Below, piece after piece: positions 13,792-26,992 of a stretch of DNA of 64,000 bases. The stretch is from Lingula anatina (Eukaryota; Animalia; Brachiopoda): NCBI GenBank assembly GCA_051362555.1, contig CM120642.1, positions 20,274,001 through 20,338,000 on the forward strand, in the 5' to 3' direction. The notes under the pieces are model-generated. The model searched no databases. It saw only the letters and a list, made by a program, of their open reading frames with translations, and was not told the DNA's origin. The translations under genes and the position numbers were made by a program. Each line of letters begins with the position of its first letter. Within the stretch, counting starts at the first letter, position 1.

Positions 13792-14160
13792 CTCACAACA
13801 CGCACCTTGTCTGTCCACGATGTGACACAGTTTGATCCTAGCTTGACCTACTTACAAACAGCGACGTCTATCGGTGTACAAACCAAGACAGGCTACTTTA
13901 TTTACCCGCAGTCAGTCCGTAGAACCTTGAAATTTGATCGACGTATTGTTTTAACACATATGACACCATACGAATTAAGAATTCAGTGTTATAAAGGATG
14001 CAAATAGGTCTTATGATTGTAGAAAGAAAACACTGCACACTGCAAAGATAAACTGTTCACGAGCTGTTGGATATTGTCGATCAACAATACGTTGCAATCT
14101 TCAGTGACCCCATTTTCTCGGACCGTGGCGCTGTGCTCTGCGCCTGATTGCGGTCAGGTA
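13792..14160. promoter_or_regulatory. Probable bidirectional promoter and non-coding first exon of the plus-strand gene
   Basis: CpG-richer stretch immediately upstream of the SPOUT1 ATG, with a plus-strand donor CAG|GTAAAG at 14157/14158. The first coding exon of the plus-strand gene (22871) starts at an acceptor and so needs an upstream exon. Confidence 0.4.
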
Positions 14161-16829
14161 AAGATAATTTGTTATCAACAACGTATCATATAATGGGTAT
14201 ATTTGACATGAAGATATGTATAGTGTTATCAGAGATATAATTTTCCATTTGAGAAGTTAAAATTACTCTTCAATGAATAGTATAGTTTCACTTTCCGATG
14301 TCCATTTTTCACCTCGTACCATCTTCATGCTCGTACCATCTCCATGGCGGGGTGTATCCTGCCGTAGAGTATCGTGGTAATTCTGAGTGTTTATGCTTTA
14401 AATTACGAACAAGTGTTGTGTTATTAATTTCAAATTATTTAGACTATAGTGGATTTTATGAGTCTGATGGTGACTATTTGTCTGCTTATGATTTCTGTCT
14501 TGATACAGTCATATGGCAACTGGCTGCGCGTAGGAAAATATTCAGAACGGAGCGCGTGCGCTGACGTCGCGGTCGAAATTTTGTAAAATTCGTAACCATC
14601 GCAGAAATTCATACATTTTCCTAAATTGCCCTCATACGTGCTTGTGAAAAATTAAGACGTGGTAGCAGAGTTCACTACGTGTCTCGACGTGTGCGATTCA
14701 GTTGCAAAGAAACAGAAATGAACGAGTTAGAACTCGACGAATTTGGCAAACGGGTCAGTTTTGGGCCGTAGCAACACTGTAACAATTTGAGATTTCTCCT
14801 TTATTAGAAATAACGCATTTAAGTAAAGTCCGTAAAATGTGGCTTTTTAAATAAGAAATATAATTGTCAAGTTTCATCGAAGTTAATTGTAGCAACTTTT
14901 TATGCGAGCTGTTGAAGTGCATTTTTTGACCCTATTCCGCTAGATGTCAGCCATATTCTGACGTCATATTCTCCAATACAGAAGCAAGTGAAGGTCTGAA
15001 GATTTCATTAAATTTCGAGAAGTAAAATACTTTTCACTTATTTGCACAATAAAATGGCCTTTTTAGTATAATAAATAATATCTAAGGTGTTTAACTCATT
15101 TTACCTCTCTAGATGTCTTATTTCAAAAGACGGATGTTCATCGGTTTCGCACCTGCACAAAACAAGCCGAGTGATGCGAATCCTCCTCGAAATTTGCTGC
15201 CATAAGTTTAATCTGCACAATCCTGAGTTACAAGTACACTGAACACAACATATTCATTCTGTTTACCATTGCGGACTGCGGCTCTGCTTACACTGTATGT
15301 TTTTTATTCATAGTAAAAATAATGAAAATTAACCGACTTCTTATCAGCTCGGAACGGTGAATTGAGAACGGCTTCGATATTTTTCCCCGTGGTGTGGAGG
15401 AGTTCTATTAGTAGGATATAAGATCAAGAAAAATTTGGCTTTTAAGGAAAAAGAAGAACTATATTTCTCATGGAAATCCTAAATTTTCCAGCTTAAAATA
15501 TTCTTCAAAAACTCATATGTCAATTTAAGTCAAATCTAAAATTATTTACCCTAAAATCTTGATTCTTCTTTTATTCCCACACCCCCTTCATTTTGCAACT
15601 ATGGACTTAGCTACCCAGCTATTTGAGATGTGGCATTTGAATCTTTGATACTTTTTGGATACATTTTTTCACTTGTCAAACTTGTTTACGAAAATTTTTA
15701 CAAAATATAGGTCAACATATAACCTCCTGCATTAATGATATCAGAATACACAAACCCTAGAAATGATAAACCCCCATTGATGAAATCTAACAGAATTGGA
15801 GCAATTTTCTAAATGCACCTACAAAGTTACAGGGTTGCCTGTCGCATGTCACGCATCAAGGATAGGTGAAGGTCATTCAGGAAAATACTCACTGGAACTA
15901 GTTTAAATCGGTTGCGTCCGATTCAACATCGTTCTCAGGTTAGTTTTTATTATATCTGAATAAAAATTTCAACCTTCAGCAGTATCAAGGTCGAGAAATT
16001 TCAGTTTGGCAGAGGTATCGAGAAACGTCATTTTTTCAGTTTTATTTCGTTGACTGTTGAATTCGGGAGCAATGTAACTATACTAGAGATAGAGGTCTAA
16101 CGCATTCTTGAAACTTCGAAATTTAAAACCTATGATGATATTTTAACTTATATCTAAAAATGGTAAGAATTCAGGCTGGCAACTTTTTTCCTCGCAGTAT
16201 AGTCCCACCCCATACGAGATACATTTTTTGGTTCATTATTTTCCGAAGTCCTAATATCGTGTCCATATTTCATTCATAAATAATGCTCATTTCCGTAATG
16301 CTTTGAATCCACGGGTAAGAGTACATGATTTTCTACATGTCTTTAAAAAATGACTGCACAGAGTGCCCTTGTTAGATTTTAATAGAGCTTTATTTGTAAG
16401 GTATGGTTTTTCACGTCGGCCATCGCAGTTGTCCAATAACGGCGCTATTTCGTGACGCGGACTCACTGAAAAGTTTCAAATAACCGCCATGACGTTACGT
16501 TTTTCCATAGAAGTAGAGAAAATGGAATGCCAACTTCAAATCTCGCAGGCCGAGCTTGTGACCCCGAGAGTTGGGCGAGAGTTTCACTTCCGGTTTCCAT
16601 ACCGCTGCATTCAACTCACGCTCTACATGTTTCAATAACTACTATTCATAGTGACTAGAGTTAGTTTTTACGATTATGTGATTTGATATGGCGTAAACGG
16701 GAGTCTTGACACTCTAACTGCAGTTTTTATGGTGTGAAAACGGAATCATTAAAAACCAAATCGCTTTATTTGGTGCGTGTGACAGAGTGTATTACCGAAG
16801 TAGAAGATAACACGGAATATAATTTAGCA

Positions 16830-17780
16830 ATGTAAGTAATATCTTTTGTATTTTAATACAATATTGTGTTCTTTAAACGTAAATTTTAGGAGTAAGAGGC
16901 TCATTCATGATATGATCCGTCCTTGAATACAATGGTCGTCTGACGCCGATTGTTTTCCGTGTATCCCTCAAGTGTCCACGTACGGTCTTCGAGAAATCTG
17001 TAAACTAAATGTCGTTATCCAAGCTGTTAATAAAAGCACAGAATATTCATACATATAAACATTACATATTTAGTTATCCCGTTTTTATTTTATGCATTTG
17101 TACAAGCAAAATACGAACATGTTTTATAAGAAAAAATTAAAGATTCAAGTCATAATTGGATTTGGGGCATACCACCAGAAAATCATTGCATCACTAAACT
17201 ATATCTGTTACAGCTGGCTATTACTCCTGGAGATATAGCTTCAACATATAATTAAGATATACCTGACTATGTAGGTCTAATAATGACAATTTATTATAAA
17301 TGTAAATTTTTATTCTGTTCTTTTGAAGGGTGTCAGGAAGGAGCTTCTGTTGTGTTGTTTTATGCAGTGCCTCTTCAAAGAAGTGCAAGGGTCTTTCTTT
17401 TCACCGCTTGCCTTAGGTAAAATTGAAGCAACACAAAATAATTATCAAGCAAACCATTTTATTATTATCCCTCTTCCACCTTTCCGCAAGCGAATATCTA
17501 CTTTCACAATAATTATATATAAAACGACAATTTATGATATCTCATAATGTTCAATATTTTACACCTTCATATGCCAGCTTTTTGATTCCACAAAGAAACT
17601 CCTCATTTCCAAGGCAAGTACAAGAATTAAGGTGGTAAATGTATCTTTTCATATCCACAGGAGTGTCTGAGGTTTCAGACAAATGGAGAAGTCAGCTAAT
17701 CCACTGCATCAACAGATGTGACGACAACTTTAATCCAGAGAAAGCCAAGATCTGTTCCAGGTATTTTGAAGCACTGTTTC
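16830..17780 (+). pseudogene. THAP zinc-finger N-terminus of the P-like transposase
   Basis: ATG split across exons (AT 16830-16831|G 17329) gives MVSGRSFCCVVLCSASSKKCKGLSFHRLP; next exon from 17661 gives VSEVSDKWRSQLIHCINRCDDNFNPEKAKICSRYF (THAP C-C-P-W-P-C-S-(H)F pattern). Has a 1-nt frameshift and an H>Y change. Confidence 0.8.
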
Positions 17781-18829
17781 ATTAAATGTACATTCAGGTT
17801 GTATAACTGGGGGATGAATATTATCTCATGAAAGTTTATTGAAGCTGTTTGAATTGAATTAAAATTACTTTCACCTCCTTATTACAACTTCAATTCAACA
17901 TTGCTGTTTGCTGAACAAATAAGGACTTATGTCTCAGTTTCATAGCTTTATTTTTTTACATCAGACATTTAGCAGTGCACACATGTATGGTGAAACTGAT
18001 TGCAGTTACATACACATTGAGACTATCCTTACTTTAAAATAGAAATTTATGAATTAAGAAATGTGTATAATAAGGGCAGAATTTGTATATTTAGCATGTT
18101 ATGTAGAACTATTATGGCACTCTGGAATAACAGAATTACAGCATTGTAAAAATGCATCTGTAAAGGAAAGGTTTTCCTAATTTTTTCTTTATATTTATAT
18201 AGACTTTGCATTTGTAGTGATAGATTCAAGTCTGCCTTGTGACGTAGCAGGCTGCAGTGTCTGCTTCTGACTGTGTACTGTTATCTCTGGGTTGACTCAG
18301 TTCTTCATGCTTATCACTTCCTCTACATATATGTTTCAGTTTGCTGACTACAAAAACCACCATGCACTAATAGGGCTGATGAAATGTACAACCAGGACTT
18401 TACTGAAGATCTCAAGTGTCAACCAGACAGAGTTGGTCATGTTCTGTGACTGCTATAATGTCTGTCATTCTGGTTGTAGCAGTGAAGATGCTGACTGGGA
18501 TGCCTCTGAGCTCTCTGTTCAACCTGGGGACCTTGGACTTCTTTACCAAACAGGGAGATATGCATTGTCCCAAAAGTTTGCAGATAGCTGAAACTAAATA
18601 AGAACTGTGTGTTAGTCATGCATATTTTTAAACTTCTAATGGCAGAGTACAACTAATTCTGTCTGAGAAATCAGTTTCAATACTACATCTTTATTTTAAA
18701 CAATGACTATATGAAACATTAGTGTTTAAATGTGTATTATAGAATAACCCACAGCATAACATGAGCAAGAGCTGTAAATAAATCGAGTATGTAGGCAAGG
18801 TAAAGTTACCATTATTATAAACAAGTTGA

Positions 18830-19500
18830 AACACTATTGTGATAAAGTTCAACCCCATCTTGCATTTACACCTTCTAATAAAATGATTGCACCAATAGTA
18901 TTCTATGGGTCAGATGTATGGGGCTTCAAATGTGTAAACCGATGCTGATATTATTTTGAAGGAAAATATAAGGTGTAAAATCAATTAGCTATCTTAGCTA
19001 TCCGAATTAGCTATCTTAGGTGATCGCATCAGATAACCAATGCTTTGCAGCTAAGAGTAAAAAATAAACATTAATAATAAATAAAATAAAATAAATAAAA
19101 ATTAAAAAATAATAATAAATTTTTTAAAAAATTGGAATAAACTGAGGAGAATATAGCAAACTATACAATTCTCTTGAAGTTAGACGAGGCATGATGTATA
19201 ACATGGACAACAAGCAAAATCATTTTTATGTAGTTTTGGAAGTGTGTGGTATAATTAAGGCACAGGTAATAATTTATTTTTTAGATACCTTGAACATTAG
19301 ACTGAAAGACTAACATGTTTAAAAATGTTTTAAACAACTGCAAAATACCTCTAAACTGAAATCACTGAATTTTTTAAATGTCCAGCTGAAGATTGTTTAT
19401 GTATTTGTATCTGATTTCTCTAAATTTCATTGTTCTTATCATATACTGATGATTGATTAAGTAGACACAAAACATTCCATAGAAAGATAACTTTTATATG
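18830..19500 (+). mobile_element. Degenerate non-LTR retrotransposon 3' fragment
   Basis: KMIAPIVFYGSDVWGF and KFHCSYHILMI resemble post-RT motifs of CR1/L2-group LINEs; many stops. Confidence 0.5.
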
Positions 19501-19537
19501 TAGGTCACAGTAAAATCCATTTGCTATTATTGTTATG

Positions 19538-20819
19538 GGGTCCGCCATATAGATAAACGTCCCAATAAAGTATTCGTCCCGATAGAAACGTCTCTATACA
19601 TACACGTCTCAATAGATTTACGTCTCGTTAAATTTACGTTCCGATAGATCCACCAACAGTTTCCTATAAACCCACGTATCTTTAGATCCAGGTACCGCTA
19701 GATCCATCTATCTGACATCGTAATTAATCGGCTAAAATGCCGATATAAACTTGAGATACAGGTATGAGGCTTTCGAGAGATAGTCTGGATGCGAGTAGGC
19801 CTACTGACCCACTCAATGAGATGACTTAATTACAACCTGATATTTATTTATTTATATATTTATTAGGTGTTCAAAGAACACATAGGCCTACATGTACGTT
19901 CGCGTCTACACGTCTTTACTATCGTTTACTATATCATTTACTCCATTCCGCAATGTACGCACGTTACTTCATCAATGTAAACTACTTGGACATAAAAACG
20001 ACACAAATTCGTTATTATGTCCAAGATGTAAGTAACTTCTAATGTATATATATACAGCCGATTTTTGCCTGCAAACTTTGGGTATGTTTGTCAACCATAA
20101 AGTAATGGTTTCTATCAAGTAGGCCTATACAAGACAGTTATCAGGCAGAATCATTCATGAAATGCCCAAATAAATCATACACAGTATAAAATATGAAGGG
20201 TTTACGTGTAAAACTCTTAACATTATTTCATCAACTTTCGCCGAGTTCTTAATTGACGGGGGTGGTGTGTGTGTGTGTGTTTTCTTGGATTAATCGCCAT
20301 GAAAAAATATATAATCTTAGGTTCCTGTCAGAAGCCTTCGTAATCAAAACTAAATGAATGTAACATGAAAATAACAAAACATCTAGTGAAATCGTAAATT
20401 TCTGTCAGATAATGCATGAGTAGGCCTAATGTAAATTACCCGAGTATTGCGTAAAAACGATCTATAGTAGAATAATAAATTGCTGAAAGGATTAATATGT
20501 GTACTCTCGTTTTAAACAGTGCATTTTATGTACTGAGTAGTATACCAACCATTTTGAGCAACAGTGTACCTGTAATGGATCTATCGGTATTTGGATCTAA
20601 AAATACGTGGATCTATAGGTATGCGGATTTAAAGGACGTGGGTTTATGAGGACGTCGTATCTATAGGAACGCAAATTTATAGGACGGTGGTAAAAAATCG
20701 GATCTATCGGTATTTAAATCTAAAAAGACGTTTTTTCAGTTTTCCCTTTATGTATCTATCGGTAATGGGAGTATAGGGACGAGTAATATTTTGGGATTAA
20801 ATTTTTTCCGTACGTACCC
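19538..20819. mobile_element. MULE-like non-autonomous element nested in the P-like element
   Basis: Ends GGGTCCG / CGTACCC; flanks ATTGTTAT(G/A) (8 bp exact, 9 bp with 1 mismatch); inverted subterminal short repeats (GATAGATCC / GGATCTAT). Confidence 0.6.
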
Positions 20820-20964
20820 ATTGTTATAGCTGTCATTGCTACTATAACTGATACATAATTGGTACTTTGTAATTTGACAAAAGCCTTGAAATACTGAAAT
20901 AAATATATATTCTATAACAATGTACCTTTTGATGTGTCCTTTTGCATTTCTAAACTACTGTATG

Positions 20965-22183
20965 TCAATAAAATGCTGGATGCAGCTTTTCCAGGGATTG
21001 CTCCACTAAATGTGAGATTTGAGTCACCTGAAGAAGCAAAATTTACAAAGCACTGTCAAAATATTTTTGTATTTTTATCATGTTTCATTAGTAATGTAAA
21101 TACATAATATCAAATGAAAAGGAATGTATTTTATCAATTTCCATGTAGCTATACATTGTTTGAATATAAAATATAAAAAAATCAGACAGATCATTATTTT
21201 TATTTTTTAAACATACCAGGGTGGTGCTCTGTAAGGCAAGTTGCAGCTCACTGAATATCTCTTCAAGATCAGCCTGTAGGCAGAAAATTTACCTAAGATT
21301 TTGCAAAAAAAAAAAAAAATAATAATAAAATAACTTTCAAAGAAATTAAAAAGTTTAACGATAATTAATGTGAGTCTGACTGAACTTTATAAGTTGATTT
21401 AATATCGGTAGAAAAAATATATATTGGGTCGCCTTTGCCTTGGCAGGAAAATTGCTGGCAGCCTTGTATTAAAAGCACTGTCAAAATATTTTTGTATTTG
21501 TATCATGTTTCATTATTAATGTAAATACATAATATCAAATGAAAAGGAATGTATTCTATCAATTTCCATGTAACTATACATTGTTTGAATATAAAATATT
21601 TTTTCAAACAAAAAAAAATCAGAAAGATTATTATTTTTATTTTTTAAACATACCAGGGTGGTGCTACTGGTTGCGTGGTGCTCTGTAAGGCAAGTTGCAG
21701 CTCACTGAATATCTCTTCAAGATCAGCCTGTAGGCAGAAAATTTACTTAAAATTTTGCAAAAAAAATAACTTTCAAAAAATTTAAAAGTTAAACAATAAC
21801 AGTGTGAGTAGGATTGAACTTTATGAGTTGATTTAATATCGGTAAAAATTGCTGGCAGGCTTGTATTAGTTGTAAACAAAAGCATTAAATATTAAATTCC
21901 CTAGTTAAGGGACAGAATTTTATCCTAAATTTTTTCAATTATGATGTGCAGTCAAACTACAGTTCACGGCTGGTAGTAGACTATTCGGACTTATATTCAC
22001 TTGCTCTGGTACTGAAATATCATAACTTGATCACAACATGGAAAGTAAAACTCTGCCGGCTGTCCACGTGTTTTGTGTGAGATCGCTCGATTATCGTCGA
22101 TTTTATTCACATGCTGCAACCAAGCTTTGTTGAATCAAGTTAAGAGACACACTTACCTCCAAAGATGTCAACTTTGAAGCCAT
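20965..22183 (-). pseudogene. Second, convergent spliced gene relic inside the P-like element
   Basis: Exon 22157-22183 MASKLTSLE|gtaagt; in-phase exon 21654-21727 ADLEEIFSELQLALQSTT, duplicated at ~21216-21273; possible further exon starting at 21027. Confidence 0.45.
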
Positions 22184-22876
22184 TTTTAATCAACTCGAGT
22201 GAAAAATCTGTGAAAATGACGCAAAATATTCTAAGCACGCCAGCTCCCCGTTCACATGTAGTGCAACGAAAGTTGACCGGAAGTGAAACTCCCCAACTCT
22301 CGCCCAACTCTCGTGGTCACAAGCTCATAACACAGAGGGCAATACAAATCTCGCGGGAGTTGGCATTCCATTTTCTCTACTTCTATGGTTTTTCAGCCAG
22401 TTGCCATCTGACTGGATAAGGTTTATATATAGTCAGTGTAGACCTAAATAAAAATCATAGACTACACAATATCTTTTTTACAACTTTTATAATGACTTAC
22501 CTGAACAGTTCATACTGTATATAATACATGCACCAGTATTTACATGTAAACAAGACTATAATTTGGTTTGGTTTTTTTAACATTATTATAAATTATTCTT
22601 ATTTTTATTTTTAATTTTATTTTTGTATAGTGAGAGATGGATTTTAGTCAAGGCCACTAAGTCTGTCTTGTTAAGGTTTATAGTCAGTGTAATTAAAAAT
22701 CATACACAATATCTTTTTTACAACTTTTATAATGACTTACCTGAACAGTTCATACTGTATATAATACATGCACCAGTATTTACATGTAAACAAGACTATA
22801 ATTTGGTTTGGGTTTTTTAACATTATTATAAATTATTATTATTTTTATTTTTAATTTTATTTTTGTATAGTGAGAG

Positions 22877-24561
22877 ATGGATTTTAGTCAAGGCCACTAT
22901 GCATATTGTGTTGGTTCAGCATTTGAAAGTTCAGCCAAATCAACAGACAAGTAAGTAAATTAGCTGCGGAGGTATATTCAGATATGCATGTAAGAGCGCA
23001 TTCTCAACGAATTAAGCCATGCTTTACAAAGCCGGTGACCTAAAAATGGCGGACGTACATGAAAGAAAAAACGCCTAATCTTTTAATAGTCTCTCCGCCT
23101 CCCCACACGTCGTCCCTGCGGGGTACAGTAATTAAATCGCATCTCCGTTCGCCATGCGGAAGCTACCTGAGAAATATTAAGTGCGCATGCTCATCAGTTA
23201 AATTCGTGGTGAAGAAAGCATGGCGGCTGAAGGCGATCGAAGGAAAAAAGCTCTTCTGTTCTATTATCTTTGAAAACAGGGGCGAAAAAGGAATAATTTG
23301 GCCCGTAGAGCAGCAATGAATCGACTATCTACGGAGATAATATCACCAGAGATATTCACGGAAATATTAATGTTCGGAGCCGAGATTTAATTACTGTACC
23401 CCGCAGGGACGACGTGTGGGGAGGCGTGTGAGAGGCGGAGAGACTATTAAAAGATTAGGCGGTTTTTCTTTCATGTACGTCCGCCATTTTTAGGTCACCG
23501 GCTTTGTAAAGCCTGGCTTAATTCGTTGAGAATGCGCTCTAAGATAAAATGTTTTGTCAGACATCTATATGAAATGAAGATAATTAATTTAAAAGGTTTT
23601 TACACCTACACATAATACTGGGCATGCAAATATTAGAGCATGAAAAACTATTTGCAAAGTTATCACATCTGCAGGGTTCTGATGAATCACTTGGTAATTG
23701 ACATACTGAGTATATATAGGTGACTACACACAGACATAAAACCAGTCCTTTAAAACATAGAAATGGATAGAAATGAATATTAAAAATTACAGTTTGGATC
23801 TCCTTGAAATTTGGCACAGTTGCTGAGATTGTAAGAGAAAGATACAGAGAAGATGATCTAATCTTAATATATTATACTATTTCAGTGGCCTTCCAACCCC
23901 AGTGGAGGTTCGAGACAAGACGTGGCTGGTCTGTTTTAGCTTACCCAAACCAGTGCCAAACTGGAAGAAGAAAAAACGCACAAAAACTATAGTATTTGTG
24001 GCGGATAGCTCTGTAAGGATGATAAGTGAAAATTCCATGATATTGTGCTCTGTGAAGGTTTAATGTACATTGTGAGGCCTAAAGTTAATATCAAGTAATT
24101 CTGTGCATTGAGACTTGAGTAATTGAAATGTGCCAGTTTGCACTCAAGCAAATCTTTATTTTCCTGTAAATACCTATATAATACCTGGTTTGTGGACATT
24201 TTTCATTACGATAACTACAATAGATTATTTATCATGATAAAAGTTTTGATAGGGATGGTTGCAAGATGAGCCTCTATCTATTTTTTCTTAAGGAATCTTT
24301 GCCTGCATGGCTTAGTAAAATCACTAGCTGCCCAGATACACGAGATGCGCTGATTTATCATGTTGTGGTCCTTCAAACCAGTGGGAAAAGTACTATAGAT
24401 GTGGACGCCCAGTTAGGTGAATACCCACTTGGTGTCTTAGCCCTGGTCAACCAGTGTTTAAAACTGTCCACCAAGGAGAAGAACCTTTCTGGACTTGTGG
24501 ATTTGATGATTTTAGCAACTTCACAAAGAGGTAGGATTGGTGAATTAATTGTAACATAATC

Positions 24562-24601
<40 letters not shown>

Positions 24602-26953
24602 TGCTCTTAGACTCTAAAGAAGTGTGTCTTAAACATTATGATAAAGATAGCACTGAAAAAAGTTTGCAGCATAACAAATTGAAATGCAATACTTGGTTCG
24701 TTTATTTTTAAATTGGTGAATATGATAAATGGTTAAGTGATATTCTTAAATTGTAACCATGTTTTCAATAATCAGGCAAGGCTTAAGATTAGATAGCTTG
24801 TCATGTTGGGAATTTTCTTATTGAAATATGTTCATCATAATATGACAGTCATATTGTGACACATTGATTCATAACTGCACAACAAAAAAGTTCAATGAGA
24901 AGAAAGATCTTACAATATACATTCATATTTAGATATTTTGGTATAAACAAACAAATAAATGAAATTCTAAACCAACACATGCAACAGTTAACACATCAGG
25001 TATATTGTGATGGATTACCAGCAATTATTTGGTTAATTATCAGAGTGTTTTTAATTGATTTTTTTGAAATTTCTATTGTATTTTTGTATTTATGTAGAAC
25101 CCCCAATTCTCAGGAACTGCTCCCTGCCAGACAGTCTTCGACAACAAAGGGTGGGCTGTTATGATACTGTGGAGCTGTTTGTAAGTTTTTTAATGAAAGA
25201 TACATCAGTAACCTTAAATTTATAATACTGCAAAGTAAGTACTTTTGATGTGGTGAAGTCAACCCCTGAAATATTGAAAAAATTGTCCATTTTGTTCTAA
25301 ATGACCATTTTAACGTTTTCAGTTATATCTGTTTGGAAATTACAGAAACTGTGTTGAAAATATGGCCCCATTCGGAACAGTTTGATCCTTGGGCTAACTG
25401 GTCTGTAGATCATATATGGTGGACTCACTTGAAAGCAAGGCCACATAATTCCTTAATGATCTCCCCACCTTCCACACACACCATCCCTGCATGGACTATA
25501 CAATAAAAGTTAAATTGAAACGACTCTGAGATTGATTTCATGTGGAGGCGGGGAGACCACTAAGGGGTCATGCGGCTTTGCTTGGAAGAGGGTCCTCCAT
25601 ATCTGATCTTGAATCAGTTAGTTGATCAAACTGTTCTGAATATGGCCAGTGATTGTAATGTCATAATTATTGCTTTATTTTGTTGACTCTATTGTTACAG
25701 TTTTTGTTTTCTTTTTAAATAAGTAAATTTGTTTATTTATAAGTTTTTTATATGTTTTTCATTATACAAGTTTACATTTTCTTTCCAGAACTACATCAGC
25801 CAAGTACCAGAGGTTGAGTCCATTTTGTTTGTGAATGATGCTTGCCTTACAGACGTGTTCTTCATGATGTGTGTCAAATTCCAGGCAGGTTTCTTTTCTT
25901 TTGAGAAAATTTAACAAAGAATATTAGAGAAACAAGTTGGTATCAGTTGTATTTTTTAATTTTTAAATGATCTGAGATAGATTTAATATTCAGTGGTAAA
26001 ATTAGGTATCAGGTCATATATGCTAACATACTACAATTTATAGCTAGAAAAGCACTCCGAGAGTGCCAAGGCAGCAGTCTCCACCCAATGCTAACCCCTA
26101 AATTTTCATTCTATAATAATTTAGTTTTTTGATTATTGATTGATTGATTTTGGATTCGGATCACCACCAAAATTGGTCCATAACTTTTTGAGTTATGTTG
26201 ATGACAGACAGACAGACAGACAGACAAACAAACAAACAGGGGTGAAAACATAACCTCCTTGGCGGTGGTAATTATAGTACTGATATTGATAAATTGATTG
26301 CTTCATAAATCAAACAATATTTTAATATCTATATACCTATAGTGCTGTTAGCAGGTGGTTTGATTTAAACCCCGTTATGATAAGTTGATTTTATTGGGAT
26401 CATATCTGATCTAATCCCACTGTTATCCCACTGACGACAAGTAAGTTGTGTGACTTGAGACAGATTAGTGCGGTTGGTTAATACTCGGACATGATGGGCT
26501 GATTAAACTTGCTTTCAAATGTCACCGAAGTTTGTATCTGAGAGAACTTCAGAAAAAAAGTATACAGCCATCACCAAAAAATGAGGTGAAAAGTATTGGT
26601 ATTGATTTCAAAATTGTTGAAAGCAAATAATATGATTTCACTTTTAGGACAAAATGGCTAAGCTGAAGAGAGTTGCCATCATGAACTGTCCACGTATCAC
26701 AGACAATGGTTTATACTGGTTAGCCCGGCTGGTCAATGTGGACACACAGGTTAGTGGTCAGCCTCTTGCCAGGGGGACATGAGCAATGGGGTCTGTTGTT
26801 GGTTTGAATGCTTTTGAAATGATATGTTTCAGTTTGCAAGAGCTTCTTGTTTTGTATGGATATGTGATGGTATTGAGGACTCAACAGGAAAATTTCTCAT
26901 TCTTTGGTTGGACCTAGGTATTACAGCAAGTTAGTTTGTACAGTGTAAAAAAA

Positions 26954-26992
<39 letters not shown>

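Larger units (their letters stand above)
16506..22387 (+). mobile_element. P-superfamily (THAP, Galileo-like 7-bp TSD) DNA transposon, decayed
   Basis: TIRs CATAGAAGTAGAGAAAATGGAATGCCAACT with further inverted similarity to ~16598/~22277; exact 7-bp TSD GTTTTTC (16499-16505, 22388-22394); spliced THAP-domain relic inside. Confidence 0.85.

Noticed and set aside
16800-17780. Exons initially taken as the 5' coding end of the Roco-like gene
   Set aside because: They encode a THAP domain and lie inside the TIR/TSD-bounded P-like element.
18340-18591. PHD-finger-like ORF (MFCDCYNVCHSGC)
   Set aside because: The ligand set is incomplete and the opposite strand looks equally exon-like; not supportable.
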